Positions 51,101 through 64,000 are shown, counted from the first letter of the stretch. The stretch is 64,000 nt of DNA from Chiloscyllium plagiosum (GCF_004010195.1 NC_057756.1:1495476-1559475); one strand, 5' to 3'. Numbers and translations: made by a program. Notes: a model not told the origin generated them from the letters alone.

Positions 51101-54100
51101 CTGGAAATCTAGTGAGCACAGCCATGATTGCAAATAAACACTGATTACCAATTTTTGCCTTTGATAGGTGTCCTGCGCAATCAATTAAGCATATTGGAAA
51201 AGCTTCATAAAATGCAGAAATTGGAATTACAGGTTCTGCTTGAGGTTTTCGTATTACTTGACATGTCTAGCAGAATTCAAGTGCATCCTTTTTCAGTCCT
51301 GGTCAGTAAAGATGCTTTTGTATTTTACTTGAGTTTGTCTTATTCCTAAATGACCTCCTACTGGTAGTTCGTGTGCTACCAGCAACACCTCCTTCTATCA
51401 CCTATTGGCAATACGACTCGATGAACTTCTGCACAATTCTCCTGGCTCTGAATATATGGTGGTCTCAATTTACTCATTATTACATCATTTTAAGATAGTC
51501 GCATTAAAAAAATCAAATTCATTTTCGATGTATGCTACCTGATACAATTGGTTCAGTTTCTCATCACGTTTTGCTGTAAATTAGTTAATTTCTCTGAACT
51601 AAACTTGTCTGCTTTGTCATCTACTGTTCGCGGTTTGTCTCAAACATTTGATCAAACAGGTTCTCTGCTAATTGCACTTCAACGTTTTTCGCTGTACCCT
51701 TTGATCACTCCTATTTCAACTGACGATGCTGTTTACTCGTTAACATACAATCAGGAAAACATCCCAGGATATGCTTCTTGTAATCATTCAGTTGTCAAAC
51801 TTTCCACTGGATTTTCAACCACTGTACATAGCATTTCTACCTGTGAACCAGCAATTTCAGTGGCAAGGACGGATTGTATTCCTGGAGCTGAGAGTTTATC
51901 CAGTCCTCTTACCACAACTTCTGCATTATTCACTGGATACTCTAAACACACTCTACATAACTGACCCTTTTTTTCACACCGTGAATTCCCGTTACAAGCA
52001 CTTTTTTTCCCTGACCATTGTCCTTCAGAAGAACATATTTCATCATCTTTCAACATCAAAGATTGAGATGATCCTCCATCTCTTAATAGTGCAACCTCTT
52101 TACCTGTTGCTCCTAGACTGTGTGAGAAACTTTTTCTTTGCAAGCTTAATAATGTCTAGCACATCATCCTTCACCAACCTCCGACCAGGTTGGACATTCT
52201 GATGCAGCTTTTTAGCCTAGACTGTGCTTTCCATTACCACGTCAACAAAATTTACCGTCTTGTCTTGTTTTCCTATAAGCGGTTTTCAGTGCTTTTTGTA
52301 AAATGCCAATTCTTTGATTTCACGTGGCCTAATTTATTGCAGTGAAGTCAACAGAGTTTTTATTAACTTCTATTTTCCTTTCAAAAGATTCATTTGTACC
52401 ATGTGGCACGTTATCATTATGATCTTCTCGGAGATCTACATTTCCCTGACCACTTGAGCTTTTCTCCTTTCCCCAATTTCTATCCCTCATGGTTTAAAAC
52501 TGACATTGGAAGCCAAACTTTGATTTATCAGTGAACTCATAATCATCAGCCAATTCATGCTACTAATCCTGCCGTTTTGACTCTATGCTCTTCCACACGA
52601 GTCCTGAAGTCAATTTTTGAAATCCTCCAAAATAATCATCTGTATAACAGCGTCACAGGTAAGCGGTATTTCGAATGCCCTTATCCACGTAGCAAAATAA
52701 CTTTGTTTGATCATTTTAAATTCAAGGTAGATTTGAACAGGGTCCCTTCTTAGATTCCTGAAATGCTGTTTGTAGGCTTCAGCCACTAACTCATATCACA
52801 CACGTAAGATGGATTTCTTCACCTACTCATACGCCACAGTTACCTCTACTGTAACCCTGAAAGTACCTCACTAACACTACTGACAATTTTGTTTGTTTCA
52901 ACAAAATCCATATGGTCACTGAACATTGCATTTCATTAGCCACGTTTTCTAATCAGATGAAAAAGGCCGCTGCACCCAATTTATCAAATTTTGGCAACGC
53001 TGGATTAAATTTGAAGAGATACCCATCACATCGGTGGCGAAAATGTGTTTGCTCATCCTCATTCTCTTTCTCATAAAGCTTACCTTCAGCCTTCAGGTCT
53101 ATTCTTTTAATCTCACATTCCTGTCTAAGTGCCAGTTTCTGTATTTCAAACTCTTTCTCTTGATTTCTTTTCTCTCTTGCCTTTTCTCTCTCTTTTCTCG
53201 CTATTTCTCTCTCTTCTCTCTCTTTCTCTTTTCTCTGCCTTTCTCTCCATTTCTTTTTAATCTGCGAGTACCTTTCATTCTTTTTCTCTTTCCTCTGTAT
53301 TTACTCGTGGTTCAAGTAGTTTCCTATTTTGTCTTTCTTTTCCTTTTCCCTCTAACTCAAGCTGTTTCGTTCTCAGATGAATTTTAACCATATCAAAAAA
53401 GTCAGATTTAGATGCTGAGTATTGCTGTAATTATCTCTCCCTTTGTTACAGACGAAGATATTGCCAACTCCAGCTTGACTGCCAATTCCAACAGCTTTGC
53501 CTTGTTCACCTTTTATAAAACAGCCAAAATCTCTTCTTCTTATCTGAAAGAATTCGTAGTAATTGAACGAGCCATTACCACACCAAGCAATGTTTAAATC
53601 AATCGATTTCAACACCTGGTACTATACTAACACCGACCACTCGTCGCCTTTGAATCCAACAGCCCTAATCCCAATTGGAGCTATAAAACAAATTGCGCAA
53701 AGATCCCCAATTTGTTGTCGACCACGTCATACCCCTCAAAATATTTAAAGAACGTAGATCAAACCACACCTTTTCGAAGTGTTTACGTAGGTGTTAAGTA
53801 GATATTCCAGGAATTTTAAAACAGGCCCATAACTCATTTTTAAATAAGACAAACTTTAATAATGCACAGAAAAACAAATACAAAATAACATAACTATTTG
53901 AACATCCAAATAACTCTATCGTAACTTAACGATGCTGTTCCCAGTATTTGCAACATTCCATTTTGCAACCGTTGGCAAAAAGATAAATTCAAACGCAGGT
54001 TCTTACAAGAAAGCCGTCAGGGCGAGACAGGATCAGTATGGAGCTGTTTGCCTGTGTCCGGCAGTTTCACTGGGTTCCCAGCTAAAACCTGACCAACAGC

Positions 54101-54314
54101 TGTAAAAGAAAACATCTTGCTTAACCAAAGCCAAGCTAAACTCTAAACTGGGATAACTGGCCATTCAACATCTATTGTACGAGTGTTTTTTAAAAAGCAT
54201 TTGAAACCTTCTTCAACTATGTAAGCCCAGGAATATCAGGATCTCTGCATTTACAATCGCTCTGAAAAATAAACCAAGGGCACCATAACCTTTTAACGGA
54301 GGACCATCTTCACA
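48121..54314 (-). mobile_element. Full-length, decayed Gypsy LTR retrotransposon of Gmr1 type (gag-PR-IN-RT-RH)
   Basis: Diverged ~600-bp direct LTRs (~48121-48710 and ~53713-54314), PBS-like ttggggatct at 53701-53710, PPT ggggagg at 48711-48717. Protease LLRDGGSSQSL ~52080; integrase HELPVGGHLG and TRFPEAIPL ~51370-51090; RT DGTQQIRVDYCNVNGVTKMDAYP ~49995-49930; RNase H LQPFNLKIAH...ENVITDAL ~48980-48910. Confidence 0.9.
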
Positions 54315-54699
54315 CTGGTCTATCCAGCATCCTTTTCAAAGCATTTCCTGCAAAGTCACCGGATCCTATTGCGTCTTTATTTCGTTTGCACGTTAGATTA
54401 AATGAAATCACCTAACTAACATAGCGACCTTTTGCAGCTTTAAGGAAAAAAAAAGTCGATCAGATTTGTCCAGCACAATTTCTGAGCTGGAAAGTTAGTT
54501 TAACACTAGGTTTTTATTGTTAACACTAAGTCATGAGTTCCTGAATAATGGAAACATAATTTCCCTTTTGTTATCATGACGATTAGGATGACGTTACCTG
54601 GACAACACATTTTGTCTATCAATAGATCCGTCTGAGATTGCGCTGCTCAGAGCATATACTGAGCAGCATGATAATAATTAAACTCTGGCCTTGTCCAGT

Positions 54700-55240
54700 G
54701 TTGGTTGTATTCCATTAAAACTAATAACCATACAACCAGATTATGGTCGAGCAGGTTTATTGGGAAGCACTGGCTTTTGTAACACTGCTCCTTCATCAGG
54801 TGGTTGTGGAGCATAAGATTGCAAGACATCGAATTCATAGCAGAAGTTTACAGTGTGATGCAACCGAAGTTAAATATTGAAATAAAAATACCTGGTTTGT
54901 TTGTTAATTCTCTCTTCTTTTAGAAGGACCATGTTTGTTTCATTTCTTTCATAATGGTTCACCACTGAGCCACCATGAAAAAACTGAAACCAAAATGGTC
55001 ATTCTGAAAGATGAAAGACTTAACAAACAATCCATGGCGTTTTCAATGAACAATTTCAGTTGCATGATACTGCAAATTTTTGCTATGAATTCTGTGTCTT
55101 ACGATCTTATACTCCACAACCACCTGATGAAGGAACAGCACTCCAAAAGTTAGTGCTTCGAAATGAACCTGTTGGACTCTAACCTTATGTTGAGTGATTT
55201 TTAGCTTTGCACATCCCAGTCAACACCAGCACCTCCAAAT
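54700..55240. mobile_element. Palindromic Penelope-derived non-autonomous element
   Basis: ~150-bp inverted arms: ctccttcatcaggtggttgtggagcataagattgcaagacatcgaattcatagcag vs ttgctatgaattctgtgtcttacgatcttatactccacaaccacctgatgaagga. The ORF track shows the same peptide (MNS...LHNHLMKEQ) on both strands. Confidence 0.8.
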
Positions 55241-56429
55241 CATTTAAACTAATGTTGGTTTCAAGCTCACATTTACTACTTGATATAAAGTTTCAAACTC
55301 AATGCATTAATTTCATTTTTGATTGATTTCTTTTGCAGTGTACTGTTCGTTATTCTTATGCCATTAAAATCGCAGATTGATGATAAACGTTTTCCCTGTC
55401 AATTCTACACCTATTTATCTAATAACGTATCATTAATAAATAAGGAATGCAGATTAATATTAAAAAAACCTTGGTTCATAAATATCTCCTTCAAACCAAT
55501 AAATTGTTTTCTAAAGCTCGAATAGAAATTACAACATTTTCTTTTCAAAATCACAGCTATTACAATTAATTCAGGTGCAAAATTTCGTTCAATTTATGGT
55601 ATTTACCATTTTCAAACAGTTAATAATTAATTATTATTTTACATTATTAATAATGTCCTCCTCCTAACATATTCCAATGCATTAACATCTTCTTAAATGG
55701 GCAAAATAACTACAAATGATAAATATTTCACATAGTATCTATAGTTAATAAGGTTTCAATCTTTTGTTGTATCTGTGTAGTAAGTGAAAATCAAAATGAT
55801 TTTTAATGCTTCTGATATGCAGCAAATACCAACAACTTTGCAGTCTTTTGTAGCTTGAGATTTTTCTTTAATGACAATTTATTTAAACTAATAATTTTTT
55901 GGTCGACAAACTGGTGTGTCTGTATAACAAAAATAATTAAGGAAATCCATGCAATGACATTTTACAGTTTGACATGCTTAGCTGGTATGGCTCACAAGAC
56001 TGCACCTTCACGTCTTATTTTAAACATTCTTATTTGTCAGTAATATGTGCCATTTATTGTGTTTCTTCTCTAAAAGTTAAAAATAGCAATCGCCTGCAAC
56101 AGCAACTCAGCTCAGATCAGGCCAGATCAGTCTCAGTACTGTGCAGATTGATCTCAAATGACCAACGCACACTTGCAAAGTCAAAAACCATGGTTATGGA
56201 CACATTTCAAATGGTACAGTTTCTCGAGAATGTATTTCTGTAAGATCTTCGATAAACGTTGCTGCCCAGATTGAGTGATTATAATAAAATAGCGTTTACT
56301 AATAACGTTTTTGAAATGACATTTTAGGTCTAACAGTTTCTTCAGCTTATTGTTCTCTCTACTGCCAAAAAAAAACTCCGTGACAAGTGTGGCTTTTGAA
56401 TTGTTCCATCTTACCATTTTATGTCATTA

Positions 56430-57050
56430 CTTGTTGAGAGTCCAGGAGAATCTCAGCTGGACCCTTAACACCAGTTCCATAGCTAAGAAAACTGAGCTGC
56501 GTCTCTACTTTTAGCACGGGTTGAGGTAAGCCCACCTCCCACTCCCATTCTCAACATATTCGGCAGAGCGTTCTTTGCGAGTACCCTGAGCTTCTGCATC
56601 ACTGCCTGATTCCGGAATTGCACCGTCATCAAATTGTAACACCCTACAACGGATAGTGTGGACAGTTGAGAAGATCATCTGGGTCTCTCTCCCCTGCATT
56701 ACAGACATTTACACCTTACGCTGCATCTGAAAGTCGAACGGCATTGTGGAAGTTCCTATACACTGCTCACTTCAAACTCTTCTCCCTCCTGCCGTCTGGC
56801 AGAAATACCACAGCATTCGGTCCCTCACAGTCAGACAGTAGAACAGTTTCTTGCATCAAGCCATCAGGCTCTTTTACACAGTAAAATCGGACTCTTTCAC
56901 ATCCGAAATTCTATGCAGGTCGTCGAATTGTTGCGAAATAAATGTCTATTGTTTATCATGCTTCCATGCAACTTGCATGTTTCACATTTCTTATGCACTT
57001 TAACTCGTGTGCTATTGTATAGTTTGTGCTGCTCATGTCGCACACTGTTC
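56430..57050 (+). mobile_element. Rex1/Babar-like LINE 3' fragment
   Basis: Translates ENLSWTLNTSSIAKKTELRLYFLARLR...CITA...LFSLLPSGR, the C-terminal RT signature of Rex-Babar LINEs. Confidence 0.75.
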
Positions 57051-57949
57051 ATGTTTCATGAAACGAATTGTCATATCACATGAGCTGTCTTTTCCTCTTT
57101 CAATTAACCTTATTCAAATGAATTCAAACGCTTAAAGAGATGTTTTGAGAAGAAATCTGAGGTAAATAAAAGTTTAGATTTATTTTTCTTTCTGGGATAA
57201 TTTTCTACGATTTGCAATCAAAATGGAACCATGGAATTTGAATGCACTTTTCAGCACCATCGTTCTATGACAAAGTTAATATTCCCTGGCATTTCTACTT
57301 CGTTTTACTAGTTAAAAGGTATTTTGTAACACTTGCCTTCTGCTTCAGTCAACTGTTGCTTTTTCCCCTCCCCAAGGAAAATGCATTTTTCCCACTTAGA
57401 GAAAATGGAACATTATGCATTCTTCCAAATTGTGTATTATTAATTTAATTGGTTAACTATAAGTTTTTCTTTTCTATTAATTTCATTCTTCACTCTGTTA
57501 TATATATCTAACTGCAGTTGAAACAAAAGCTCTAAATTCCCTCTATATACATTACATTAAAATATTTTCCCATTCAAGTGAAATGTCTAAATCTGCAATA
57601 CAAAATCATCCTTTTCCAGTGGAGGCGATTGAACGTAGTAAAGTTTTAAGGATACATAAACTAATGCATTTTCTGATTCTATTTATTTGTGGATCATTGT
57701 GTAGTGCCTCACTTCACAATACTTCATTATGTCGGATCTTGTCTCTTTTCCAACGTCTTTATCTTCTTAAAATAGCTAAAGCATAACTAGTAACAGCCTA
57801 AACAACACAAAAGAAATTAATCTGACTGAAGTAAAGCATGTCCCTTGGTGAAATGCCTGCCACCACGTTATTGAATGTTGCATTTGTAAAATGACCCTTT
57901 TTTTATATTTCAGGAAAAGCAGCTCCCAGATTCCATTGTGCTGCGTTGT

Positions 57950-58900
57950 ATTTAAGTATCTCGTCATTTAAGTGACAGCCTATCTTTTAATTCTTCCCAT
58001 CAAAGTGAAGTGGCACAAGCCTGTGTTAATATACAGCTGCCATGTATTTGCTCCTTCTTTAACGTTTTTGTTTCCCCTTGCAGATTAGTTATAATTTTAC
58101 TTTTCGCTTTCTGCGGTTTTATTAATTTCCATGCCATTTTCTATTTCTTTAGTCCATTATCCACAGTGCTCCGGCCTTTTCTTTTGTGAAACATACTGTA
58201 CAGAGTCACGTCAAATGCCTTCCATAATAACAAATTCACAGTAGTCACTATTTAAACTTTATCAACTCTGTTTGTTGTCTTCTCAAAGAAATTAAGAAAA
58301 TCTGTCAAACCAGACATCTCTTTCAGAAACGCATCTTGACTCTCATTAATATTGTTCAACTTTTTAAAATGTGTTGCTGTTTTCTTTAAGAGTGGTCGTA
58401 TACACTTTACCAATGAAGCTGGACTAACTGGCTTGGAGTTCAATGTCTTCCACTACCATTCTTTACACGTTGTGTTTATTTTCCCCATCCACGGGAAACT
58501 ATACACATATATGAATATCGTTTTGAAATTTGAGATTTGAAATCACTTTTCTCCCTCTGTTATTTTTAACACTTCTGAAAATTATAGACAAGAAATCTGT
58601 AGTCCATTAAGAGTGTCCACTGTTTTGGACGCTTCTGGGTTTCATTGCATTGCCTCCCTGAATATCATTAACAACGATGTGTGACTGATCATACTCATCA
58701 AGATAGTCTTTTTGACTTTTTTATGTTGAACGTTATGAATGATCTGTTCAATTGCCAACAATTGTTCATCCACTATCCATTTTCTCAGACATATTTTATT
58801 TCTGTCATGAATAATTCCAAACTCCAAGACAATATTCACCTTCAAGATCTCTTTTAAAATCTACTGTTTTACTTAATATGTTCTACACAGTAGTGCTCGA
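57950..58900 (-). mobile_element. Degenerate CR1 RT fragment
   Basis: ORF 58252-58443: KPVSPASLV...INESQDAFLKEMSGLTDFLNFFEKTTNRVD. Confidence 0.75.
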
Positions 58901-59479
58901 GGAATCTAAACATTATTCTTTAGGATTAGCCTTTGTGTCAACGCTGTTGCTTAATAGGTTTTGTTTCCCATTTTTGTTAGAGAGGTTATAAGACAGAGAT
59001 GTCCAGCAATCTGTTTGTCAATCCAGTAAAGTGAACAGCTTGTGAAGCTTTGGATTTTTTAAACTTGGAAGAAATGATGTAACCTGGATGGGTTTGGCCA
59101 GCTTTCGCAGGATCTTTAGTGTTTTTGTTAGCTTTTATATTGATCAAAAGCTGATAGTGATTTGAAGAAGTAGAGCTATTTCTTCCCCTCTCTCAGTTAC
59201 AGTTAGAAACTAGAAGTTGTCTTTCCATTGCAGGCTTTGCATGTGAGAAAATCTGAATTCTGAATTTGCTTTTATTCCGAAGTTGTGTGATTATTGGATG
59301 TTACTATATTGGAACAGATAATTGGTTACTACACCTATACTGTACTGCACCAATTACTTTTTATGGATATTCCACTTCTTTCTTGCTGAGTTCGGCGGTG
59401 TTGCAGGGTGTCATGGCTCGTTTAAACAGGGTCTTCACAGAGTTCTGTTCGTGGACGTTGAGGTGAATACTCTTGTAAC

Positions 59480-60245
59480 TGAGCATCTGGTCTGTATGCA
59501 TAGCCTTTCTGTACACTCTGGTAAGGAATTCACCGTGGTTCGTATGTTTAACGAATACATCTAAGAAGAGGAAAATCTAAACAAATTATTTGCAAATACT
59601 GGATACCTGATCAGATACATTCGCTAATACCTGGCTTCAAAAAGAAGGCACGAAGAAGACACTGTGCCTTCCAATAAACGGACCACCCTTCCCTACATTA
59701 GAAACGTTTCCGAACTAAGAACAAGTTTTCTCTATTGACTTGGAATTATGACAGCACATGAACCAACAGCAAACTTCACAAGATACTATCCAGAACAAAA
59801 TGCCTCACGCACACAACGTGCAGAGCAAATACGATATATAAAATACCTTGCAGAAAATGCCGGAAATATTATAGATGAGAAATGGGCCAGACACCCACCA
59901 CCAGAATGAACAAGCATGAGCTTGCAACAAAACAACATGACCAGGCCCGCCTCATGTCAATTCACACTAACAATGAAGGACACCAATTCAACAGGACAAC
60001 TTTACGATGCTGGAACAGTACATACAGACACAAGTTCGGTAATTCCTGGATTCATCAACTGGTTCCATAAACAGAAATGCTGCAATATACCCCATCTAAT
60101 CGACTACAACAGACAGAAGTGTATATATTCGGGACAGACCACAATAACAGTGCTTCATCTGGAGGCTACACAACACTGAAGACATCAACCAGGAGGGAAA
60201 TGTTAGCAAGAAATTGAACTAGCTCAGTTATACGACCAATGACTT
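59480..60245 (+). mobile_element. Degenerate Penelope-like fragment of a second family (GIY-YIG region)
   Basis: TLPYIRNVSEL, GIMTAHEPT, YKIPC-like, GQTPTTRMNKHELATKQHD...MSIHTNNEGHQFN. Confidence 0.7.
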
Positions 60246-60829
60246 TAATGGTTCATACTATGAACTGCGTATACTGAGGCCAGTCTTGTAACTTCTTCCC
60301 TTTTTGTTACTTCATTCTAACTGAATTGATTAAACATCACTATATGTTGACACCTCCCTTTTTCAATAAAAGAAAATAAATACAACACACCTCACTTCTT
60401 TCACCTGTTCTTCTTGAACGCCAAATGACATTGAATATTACTTGCGTCTTTGTCATGGTCTTCCTTCGACTCCTCTTTCTTAATTAGCTGTCAAGCACGT
60501 TCATTTATTTTTCCATGTATGATCAACACATTTACCTTGCTGAACATTGCGTATGTATTCAGGGAACACAGCCTCAATTTTATTTTTAAACAAATATCAA
60601 TTACTTCGCTTCTAATTTGTGCTGTTCTTCTGCACATATTTTGGGTCATTTCTGTCACAATCTATTTACCTTTCCCCTCTTCGCTGCTATCCATCTGTGC
60701 TTCTCGTCACATTTTGAATCTTTTTGACTCCAATTTGATGGTATCCTCGCTCTGCACTTATAAGATTGAGATGTTGCCTCCAACACATAGCTCACCAGAA
60801 ACTTTTCCTCGCACAACTCAAATGAAACC

Positions 60830-61790
60830 CATTCCAAGTTTGCAGTACGCTCAACCAATAGCCTTGCAACCGATCTCCCATGAATTGGAAGACATTTCCT
60901 TCCACATAGAATTCGAGAAATGCTTTTCCAGTTCTACTTTTAGATGCAGCACTTTTCCTCGGCAGGAAGTAAGTAAATCAGAGATTGTTGCATTTAAACA
61001 AAAAAAAACTTTCCGTTCCGATCTGCATATGTTGTGCAAAACCTGCGCCACACCTTCCCCTGCCATCATAGGAATTGCAAAACCTGCGCCACACCTTCCC
61101 CTGCCACCACAGGAATTGGAAACCCTGCGTCCACACCTCCTCCCTCACCTCCATCCACGGCCCTAAAGGAGCATTCCACATCCATCAAAGTTTTACCTGC
61201 ACATCCACCAATATCATTTATTGTATCCGTTGTGTTTGATGCGGTCTCCTCTGCACTGGGAGACTGGACGCCTCCAAGCAGAGCGCTTTAGGGAACATCT
61301 CCGGGACACCCACACCAATCAATCACACCGCCCTGTGGCCCAACATTTCAACTCACCTCCCATTCTGCCGAGGACATGGAGGTCCTGGGCCTCCTTCACC
61401 ATCGCTCCCTCATCACCAGACGCCTGGAGGAAGAACGCCTCATCTTCCGCCTCGGAACACGTCAACCCCAGGGCATCAATGTGGACTTCAACAGTTTCCA
61501 AATTTCCCCTTCCCCCACCTCACCCTATCTTCTTTTCCACCTATCCACTCCACCCTTCTCCCTGACCAATCACCTTCAACCCCTCCCCCACTCGCCTGTT
61601 GTACTCTATGCTACTTTCTCCCCACCCCCACCCTCCTCTAGCTTATCTCTCCACCCTTCAGTCTCTCTGCCTTTATTCCTGATGAAGGGCATATGCCCGA
61701 AACATCGATTTTACTGCTGCCTGAGCTGCTGTGCACTTCTAGCACCACTAATCCAGAAACTGGTTTCCAGCATCTGCAGTCATTGTTTTT
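60830..61790 (+). mobile_element. Penelope-like 3' portion (GIY-YIG endonuclease plus terminal repeat), directly upstream of a longer copy
   Basis: ETGRLQAERFREHLRDTHTNQSHRPVAQHFNSP; RRLEEERLIFRLGTRQPQGINVDF; 41-bp internal tandem duplication at 61035-61116. Confidence 0.9.
61675..61710 (+). ncRNA. Hammerhead ribozyme motif, probably inactivated
   Basis: attc-CTGATGA-a-gggc-atat-gccc-GAAA-catc-gatt: perfect stem II, but ACGT has become ACAT, which breaks stem III. Confidence 0.55.
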
Positions 61791-64000
61791 ACCTTGTTGA
61801 TTTTAAACCAACTGCGAATCCTCTTGCAAGGATGACTGCCTTGAAAAACTTTTCCTCCTCTCTACAAGAATCTCAGGGAGTCCATCTCCCACTGCAACTC
61901 CCAGGTCATTTCCTCTGCCCTGAATCTCTTCAACCATGTCCTGAAACAAACTCGCTGCCACAGCCACATTTGCTTCCTCAGTGCCTGCCTCCATAACGAA
62001 TACATCCCACACGGACTCTGGAGCACCTTTAAACCAGCAGAGTTCGGACCCGAACAGGACAAACAGTGCAGACTATAGTTTCAAAAACACCAGCAACGGT
62101 TGTCCTTCAAGATCCTCCGCTCCACGCTCGCAGCAATGCGCCGGCACCTAACCTCTCTACAGTCAGCCCTGCCTCAGTTGAGGGCCACACTCTCTCAGAA
62201 TTGCAAAGGACCCACTCTGTACTACATCCTCAGGAGAATTCATACTCTCAACAAACAGTATTTCAACTCCACCTCAAACATCAAAACTGTAAGTACAATA
62301 AACTTTTATCTACCCATCTCCATAACCAGCGCTCCTCAAACATTCCAGAAGATTCCCACAGCCTCTGGAACTGCTCGGACGCCATTAGCCATGCGGCTGG
62401 TGCAGTTGCCGCACCCACGCTGATTGATGATGTCACTTCTGCTCCCATCATGGCCACTCCCACAGCCACTTCCGCCCCACACAATTCCTCATGCATCACG
62501 CGTGACATCACTTCCGCCCCTCACATCATCGCGATGTTACATGCTCAATGACTTCCGCCACCCCGACTGCCATGCCCGCCACCACTTCCACCCCCACCAA
62601 CACCACTCACCCTCATTCTGCTGACACGCCCCCCACAGATCACACTGTCACCAGTCCCGGCCCCCAAAACCCTGAGGGGAACACCACCCCTGCTCATGAC
62701 TCCACCCCCATTCTCCCCACCATCACAACCACTCCAGTTACTGGCTCCGCCCCCACTCCCAGCTCCACACCCACACCAGATCCCAGCTCCCAGCCCTGCT
62801 GAGTTTTCATCACCCCTCCATGGCCTCCCCCTCACTGAGGACGAACGATCAGTCCTCAGCAAAGGACTCTCCTTCATCCCCCTACATCCACGCATCAATG
62901 AATTTAATACAAGCCGTGACGTAGAAGACTTCTTTCGCTGCCTCCACCTCCGAGATTTCTTTCACAATCAGGCCACCTTCCGAGGACCCCTTCGCCCACC
63001 TCCAACACACTGCATGCGCCTGGAAACCCCACGCTGGCCTATTACCTGTCCTCAACCTCTTCATTTCCAACTGCCGCCGGGACATTGACCGCCTCAACCT
63101 GTCTACTCCCCTCCCCCAATCCAACCTCTCACCCTCACAACCTGCAGCCCTTCAATCCCTCTGCTCCAATCCCGACCTCACCATCAAACCAGCAGATAAA
63201 GGGGGCACAGTGGTAGTCTGGCGGACTGACCTCTACACCGCTGAAGCCAAATGCCAACTCGAGGACACCTCTACCTACCACTCCCTCGACCATGACCCCA
63301 CCCCTCTTCACCACACCATCAACCCCCAGACCATACTGAACCTAATCACCTCAGGAGATCTCCCACTCACAGCTTCCAACCTCATAGTTGGGAACCCCAC
63401 ACTGCCAGGTTCTACCTCCTTCATAAGATCCACAAGTTTGACCACCCTGGCTGACCCATTGTCACAGCATGCTCCTGCCCCACTGAACTCATTTCTCGAC
63501 CCTGTCCTATCCCCCCTAGTCCAGGATCTCCTCACATGCGTTCGAGACAACACACACGCCCTCGACCTCCTCCAAGACTTCCGTTTCCCCGGCCCCCAAT
63601 GCCTCATCTTCACCATTGATATCCAATCCCTCTACACCTCCATCTGCCATGACCAGGGCCTCCAAGCCCTCAGTTTATTCCGCTCCCGACATCCCCAACA
63701 GTACCCTTCCACCGATACTCTCATTCGTTTGGCCGAACTGGTCCTCACCCTTAACAATTTCTCCTTCGAATCCTCCCACTTCCTCCAGACCAAAGGGGTA
63801 GCCATGGGCACACGTATGGGCCCCAGCTATGCCTGTCTCTTAGTTGGCTACGTAGAACGGTCGATATTCCGTAATTACACCGGCACCACTCCCCACCTCT
63901 TCCTCCGTTACATTGATGACTGCATTGGCACCACCTCGTGCTCCCACGAGGAGGTTGCACAATTCATCAACTTCACCAACACATTTCATTCTGACTTTAA
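61790..64000 (+). mobile_element. Penelope-like element, 5' region and reverse transcriptase (frameshifted; runs off the window)
   Basis: LPLTEDERSVLSKGLSFIP; IKPADKGGTVVVWRTDLY; FTIDIQSLYTSI; QTKGVAMGTRMGPSYA; FLRYIDDCIG (YIDD catalytic motif near 63910). Confidence 0.92.

Noticed and set aside
53034..53387. Hydrophobic 117-aa ORF resembling a membrane protein
   Set aside because: It is the antisense reading of the purine-rich, E/K/R-coding gag region of the Gypsy element.
60450..61166. Longest ORF in the track (238 aa)
   Set aside because: Off-frame read-through of decayed repeat sequence into the Penelope fragment; no host-protein features.
1..64000. Prokaryotic systems (CRISPR arrays, operons, rRNA or tRNA genes)
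   Set aside because: None seen; the sequence is vertebrate intronic DNA and the tRNA-like boxes belong to SINE heads.

Overview
AT-rich, repeat-dense vertebrate genomic DNA. The CR1 LINEs, HE1-like tRNA-derived SINEs, Penelope-like elements and Gmr1-type Gypsy element point to a cartilaginous fish (inference). None of the listed ORFs is a host gene: they are transposon remnants or chance ORFs. Between the repeats, on the minus strand, lies part of one large gene built from micro-exons that the ORF track does not resolve. I find 18 well-supported AG/GT-bounded, phase-1/phase-1 exons between 45608 and 783, alternating 36 nt and 27 nt with one exception. Each 36+27 pair is 63 nt = 21 aa = three heptads. 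Spliced, they give an uninterrupted 558-nt (186-codon) coiled coil: (E)VENLKKLISEL-EERLQMKDK-GLENLRQSLKDT-EEELSQKKK-ELEPLKMDLSSK-EEQLKLKTQ-EIEGVRQKC-KESLDGKDS-EIESIRKKIEQL-DEAMREKNG-EIAALQKKLQDL-DEKIRRNDQ-ELARSRTELQDC-QNDVNDKLK-ALEKTKNAFDNL-ETRLDNKSK-ETESLKTEIAQL-EQKLAKKDK. No start or stop is seen in this chain and the gene is not identified; it probably extends beyond both window ends. Exon coordinates were counted by hand; repeat boundaries are approximate.
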